Of a stretch of 64,000 bases of DNA, positions 53,384 to 64,000 are shown one piece after another (positions within the stretch are counted from its first letter, which is position 1; each line of letters starts with the position of its first letter). The translations under genes and the position numbers were made by a program. Source of the DNA: the human T2T-CHM13v2.0 reference genome, Homo sapiens; NCBI RefSeq assembly GCF_009914755.1, contig NC_060929.1; one strand, given 5' to 3'. The notes beneath the pieces were generated by a model. It had not been told where the DNA came from. It ran no database searches and was given only the letters and a program-made list of their open reading frames with translations.

Positions 53384-55875
53384 CTTCAGGACACAATTTC
53401 AGGTGTCTAGTAGGAATCCAAACAGGAGACTGATGTTCACCTGGGGAAACACAAGCATAGCCTCTTCCCCACGTTAAAATAGAAACTTTCAACCATATAT
53501 TAGATTGAACATCTTTCCACCATACTTCCTGTCCTTGGTTTACCATAGGGTGGTTACCAGAGGAATGTGTTTTGGCAGCAATAACAGAACTAGATTTAGG
53601 AATATTAAGAAAATTTAACGTGAGCAATGCCAAGTTTAGTTGTATGTGAGGCGTAGACAACTCCTTATCCCCCTCTTTTTGTTTAAGTATTGTAATTTTA
53701 AAGTTCTGTTACTTCCTTCTATAATAGCTTGACCTTGTGGGTTATAAAGAATACCAGTAATATGTTTAATATGCCACTGATCAAGAAAATTTTTAAAAGC
53801 TTTACTGCTATATGCTGGACCATTGTCTGTTTTGAGCTCACTAGGAATTCCCATAACCACAAAACATGAAAACATATGTTTTTTAATGTGAGAAGTGGCT
53901 TCTCTTGTTTGACAGGTAGCCCAGATGAAATTGGAAAAGGTGTCAACGGTGACATGCACATAAGCTAATTTTCCAAAAGAAGGAAAATGAGTAACGTCCA
54001 TTTGCCAAACAATATTAGGAGAAAGGCCTCATGGATTAACTCAGGAAGATTGTGTGGGTAAGACAAGAACCTGACATTGAGAACAGTGTTGTACAACGTG
54101 TTTAGCCTGTTTCCAACTGAGACAATATTTATGTTTAAGACTTGAGGCATTAGTGTGAGTGAGTTGATGAAATTGTTCTGCATCTGCAATGGCTAGAGAA
54201 ACTAGAGTATCAACTTTATGATTACCACTAGATAAAGGTCCAGGCAAATTAGTATGAGAATGAATGTGAGTGATGAAAAAAGGGTGGTTTCGGTTTCTGA
54301 CAGTTTTTTATAATAAAGAGAACAAGGAAAACAGATTAGTGTCAGCAATATTTTTGATGGTAGCTGTTTCTATTGCCTTAGTGGCATGGACTACATAAGC
54401 TGAGTCAGAGACAATATTAAGAGGCTGATCAAAATCCTGTAATGCAGAGATAACAGCAAACAACTCGGCTTTTTGAGCAGAAGTGTATGGAGTAGAAATG
54501 ATTTTATCTTTTGGTCCTACATACCCTGCCTTTCCATTACTGGATCCATCAGTAAAAATGGTAACGGCTCCCTCTAGTGGTGATGAACGAGTAAGTTTTA
54601 GTAGAATCCAGGAAGTATTTCATAGCAATTGAAAGAATTTTGACTTAGGCAAATGATTATCAATAGTGCCAATGAAGTCAGCCAGATTGGTCTGCCAGCA
54701 CAAAGATGTAGAAAAGGCATTTTTAACTTCATTTTTTGACAAAGGGACCACAATAATGTTTGGATCAAAGCCGGAAATTTTAGTGATATGTTGACATCCT
54801 AACCGAATTAAAGTGGCCGTTTGATCAAGATATATTGAAAGAGTTTTACAGGCTGAATTAGGAAGAAATACCCATTCAACTAGAGAATCATTTTGTACTA
54901 TAAGTCCCCTAGGAGGGTGGATGGAAGGAAAAACTAAAAATTGTAAAGGCAAATTTGGGTCAATACGAGAGACTTGTGCCTCTCTCGCTCGTTGTTCTAC
55001 AGAAGACAACTCTTGTTTTACTGGTTCAGATAGAGAGTGAGGACTGTTTAAATCTGTATCTCCTGATAAAGTGGCAAATAGATGAGATAATGCATAAGTA
55101 GGGATGCCTAGAGTTGGTCTGAGATAATTGATGTTACCCAGTAAATTTCAAAAAATCATTTAAGGTGTTTAAATTGTCAGTACGAAGTTGGACTTTTGGA
55201 GGCTTAATGGAGTGAGCTTCTAGCTGCATTCCTAAGTACAGAAAAGGAGTGGCTTTTTGAATTTTATCAGGAGTGATGTGGAGTCCTGCATTGGCAACAG
55301 CTAATTTTAAAGAGGTAAAACATTGAATTAATTCATCTTTAGTGGGAGGAGCAATCAGTATATCATCCATATAATGAAGAATGTAATTATTTTTTAAAGT
55401 CTGTCAGATAGGTTGTAACACAGTACCAACAAACAACTGACAAATAGTAGGACTGTTAATCATTCCTTGAGGTAAAACTTTCCGTTGATATCTAGCTGTG
55501 GGAGCTGAATTGTTAATGGAAGGTATAGTGAAAGCAAATTTTTCACAGTCTGACTTGTCTAAAGGAATATGAAAAAAGCAATTTTAAAGCCAATGATAAT
55601 TAAAGGCCATTCCTTAGGAATCATGGAGGGGGAAGGCATGCCGGATTGTAATGCCCCCATAGGTTAATAACTGCATTAACAGCTCTTAAGTCTGTTACCA
55701 TCCTCCATTTTCCTGACTTTTTTTGTACAACAAACATGGGCGAGTTCCATGGAGACAAGGAGGGCTCAATAGTGTTTGCTTGTAGTAAATCATTAACAAT
55801 TTCAGTTAAAGCCTCCAACTTGTGTTTGGAAAGTGGCCACTGCTCTACCCAAACAGGTGACTCACACATCCATTG

Positions 55876-56571
55876 TGCAGGGGCAGAGGAAGAGAAGGAG
55901 AGTGAGGGCACTGGGATGTGGACTGGGGGGAAGCAGGATTCCAAACCTCTGAAAGAAGGGGTCCTGGAGCATCAAAAGAAACAGTAGGCTTAGAAGAGGG
56001 GAGAAGTCCAAAAGGACGAGAGGAACAAGAAACAAGCCATTCAGGTGAATGCCACACGTCCTCCTCTGGCAGAGGGGGCAACAGCTTAGTAGAAGAGTTA
56101 ATATATACAGGTTCCAAGATAGGAGGCAGAGGGAGGGGATCATCACCAGGTTCCTCCTTTTGGGGAGAAAACAAGGAGAGATCAAATTCCTCCTCATCAT
56201 CAGAAGGAGGACTAGTAGGGGGGGTCAAGTACCCAAGGTAAAGGGAGTGGCTCACCATCTGCATTAATTTGTGGCAGTTGAAGAGGATCACCAGACTGAA
56301 AAGGAAGTAAAGCAACACGAATAAGAGCCCAGTCAGTCCAAACAGAAATAGGAAGTAAAACACCATCTCTCATGAGTTGGCAGAGCATGGCGCCAATTCT
56401 ATCCCAGTCTAACAGGTCCATAGAACCTTTGTCAGGGAACCAAGGACAAGGTTTTTCAATAGTCTGAAATAAGAGAATAAGGTTACTGGAATCAGCCTTG
56501 ATTCCACCCTGTTTAAGAAGAAGTTTAATAAAAGAAAGATAAGCCTGGTGTTTAGACTGTGATTGTCCCAT
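55876..56571 (-). pseudogene. gag: HERV-K gag remnant: matrix plus acidic/proline-rich spacer only
   Basis: MGQSQSK...YLSFIKLLLKQGG...CPWFP..GS.DL.DW betaretroviral MA; no CA, NC zinc knuckles or protease follow. Confidence 0.9.
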
Positions 56572-56710
56572 ACTAACCCTGGAATAATACTGGTCGACAA
56601 ACCCAAAAACAGGGGAGAGTTGGAAAATGCGTACCCGGAGACCTTACCATCGAGACTGAAGACTAGTCATCACAAACAAGCACTCGGAGCGCACTGAGCT
56701 GAGGAACAAA

Positions 56711-56728
56711 GAAGGCCAAGTTGGGCCA
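56711..56728 (-). promoter_or_regulatory. Degenerate PBS, closest to tRNA-Lys(CTT)
   Basis: tggcccaacttggcc versus TGGCGCCCAACGTGGGGC, 2 nt after the 5' LTR. Confidence 0.55.
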
Positions 56729-57881
56729 GATATTGCAGGATCTGGCCAACAGCCCACAATGCAATGGGGCTCTTTCTTTGTTCCCAGGCAGATTGGCAGG
56801 TTAAGAAATAAAAGACACACACAAGATAGTGAAAGCTGGGTCCAGGGGGTTTACCGCCTTCTGGTCATGCAATGCCGCCAATGCACTGGATATACCAGCA
56901 TTTATTATTAAGTTTAGTGAGGGTGGGGGTAGGTTAGTGAGGGATTTAGGGTCGTTTGATTATGAGGTGAGATGGTCACATTGGGATGAAGTAATTCTTT
57001 AACATAACATCAGTATGCAGAAGTACATATACAGAGATATGTACTTATACAGAGATAAGAATTTACAATATAGTGTGTGCATCAGCAATTTTTAACAGAG
57101 CCTTAAAACAGAAACACAGTCTATCCATAACCTATGTTTAGTAAGATACCAATCAGTAGTAGTAATTGCAGCAAAAGCTGGCTGCAAGCAATCAATAGAA
57201 GCAGAATGTGAAACTAGACAACCAGTTAGACCACAAATTCTCAGAAGGGAGTGTCTTAACCCTAAAGAGACCTAGAAGAGCCATGGCAACTTAAAGGGCA
57301 TTTATAGCCCTATCTTATCCATATGAACAGGCACCCCTCATGCGTCTATTTATAGGCTCTCCACAAGGGTCGCATTCCATTCCCAGAGATATGAACATCT
57401 GCTTTTCTGGGATAGGAATCTTGGTGATGTGAAACCTCCCTGACTGCATGTCCGTTTATAGGCTCTCTGTAGGGGGAAGCATATCATGTGCTGTTGGCTC
57501 ATTCTGGCAGCCCAACCTGGCATTGTCTTTACACAATCCTCCATGCAATTTTGTATTTACAATAATCAGGAGCATTTCATCTTTTATTCCATAGCAATAG
57601 TTTCAGGGGTCTCCCTACATATGCCAAATTTCAACACCTTATAATATTAGGAAGGGATAAGTATGAAATTAAAGATGGATGCCAAATCAAACATAAAATT
57701 ACAGAAAACAATCTTAGTATTGTATGAAGAGACCAATTTTATTTAGATAGGAGCTACTTATCTTTTACTGGACCTCTGAGTTCTGGGCAGAGCTCACACT
57801 GAATCCTGGGTCTCCAAAGGGAGAACTATTATGAGGCTTTTGTGATGCTTTTACAGGGCACTTAAACCAAAAAATTGGGCA

Positions 57882-63573
<5,692 letters not shown>

Positions 63574-64000
63574 TACAATGCTACCCTGTTGCTTCACCTC
63601 CCAAATTCTAGCCCGTTTTAGAACTGTTTGTAGGCTGTAGAATCTCTCATATCTGCATTATATTATGTACTATATTTCTGCTTTATTGAATTTCTCCGGA
63701 GAAGAGCAAAATACAGAATACCAAACCTCTCAAAGCTGTGTGCAAGTGCTGTTACATAGTATGACCACTAGATGGAGATCGTGTCCAGGTGGCTAAAACT
63801 TATGCTTCCTTGACCAAGCAATGTCTTGGAGCAGAGTTCACAACCAAATCTCTTTTCTGAAATAATGCAATAGGCATGAATCTCAAGTCTCCAGACTCTA
63901 GGATGTAAGAAATACTAAAGGTCTTTGTTTTCTATAAATCCGCTTGTGTACTACTTCAGGAGCCAAAGAAAATGAAACTTCCGTCCTTCTTGGGGCAATT

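Overview
Catarrhine primate (human-like) intergenic DNA made almost entirely of transposable elements; I recognise no host protein-coding gene. Repeat family names are from recall of consensus sequences, not a database search. (1) 715-15158: a three-deep stack of MER4-group ERV1 elements. A MER83-like provirus hosts a MER4A1-like provirus, which hosts a MER11D solo LTR; the two inserted elements have readable TSDs. (2) MaLR/MLT2 remnants and a MER4E LTR split by a full-length L1PA6-like element. (3) A full-length L1PA7-like element on the - strand. (4) A less repetitive stretch at about 37.4-44 kb that may hold non-coding exons. (5) A third MER4-type provirus (-) hosting a two-LTR HERV-K provirus (MER11D/HML-7-like, 50040-57619). 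It lacks CA-NC-PR, has a broken pol and keeps a long env SU frame interrupted by an AluY. (6) A 3'-truncated L1PA7/8-like element on the + strand. The best leads are an identical inactivating 2-bp insertion in two inverted L1s, two independent MER11D integrations into MER4 internal sequences, ORF0-position frames open in all three L1s, and an L1 antisense promoter aimed into the HERV-K provirus. I found no clearly new biological system.
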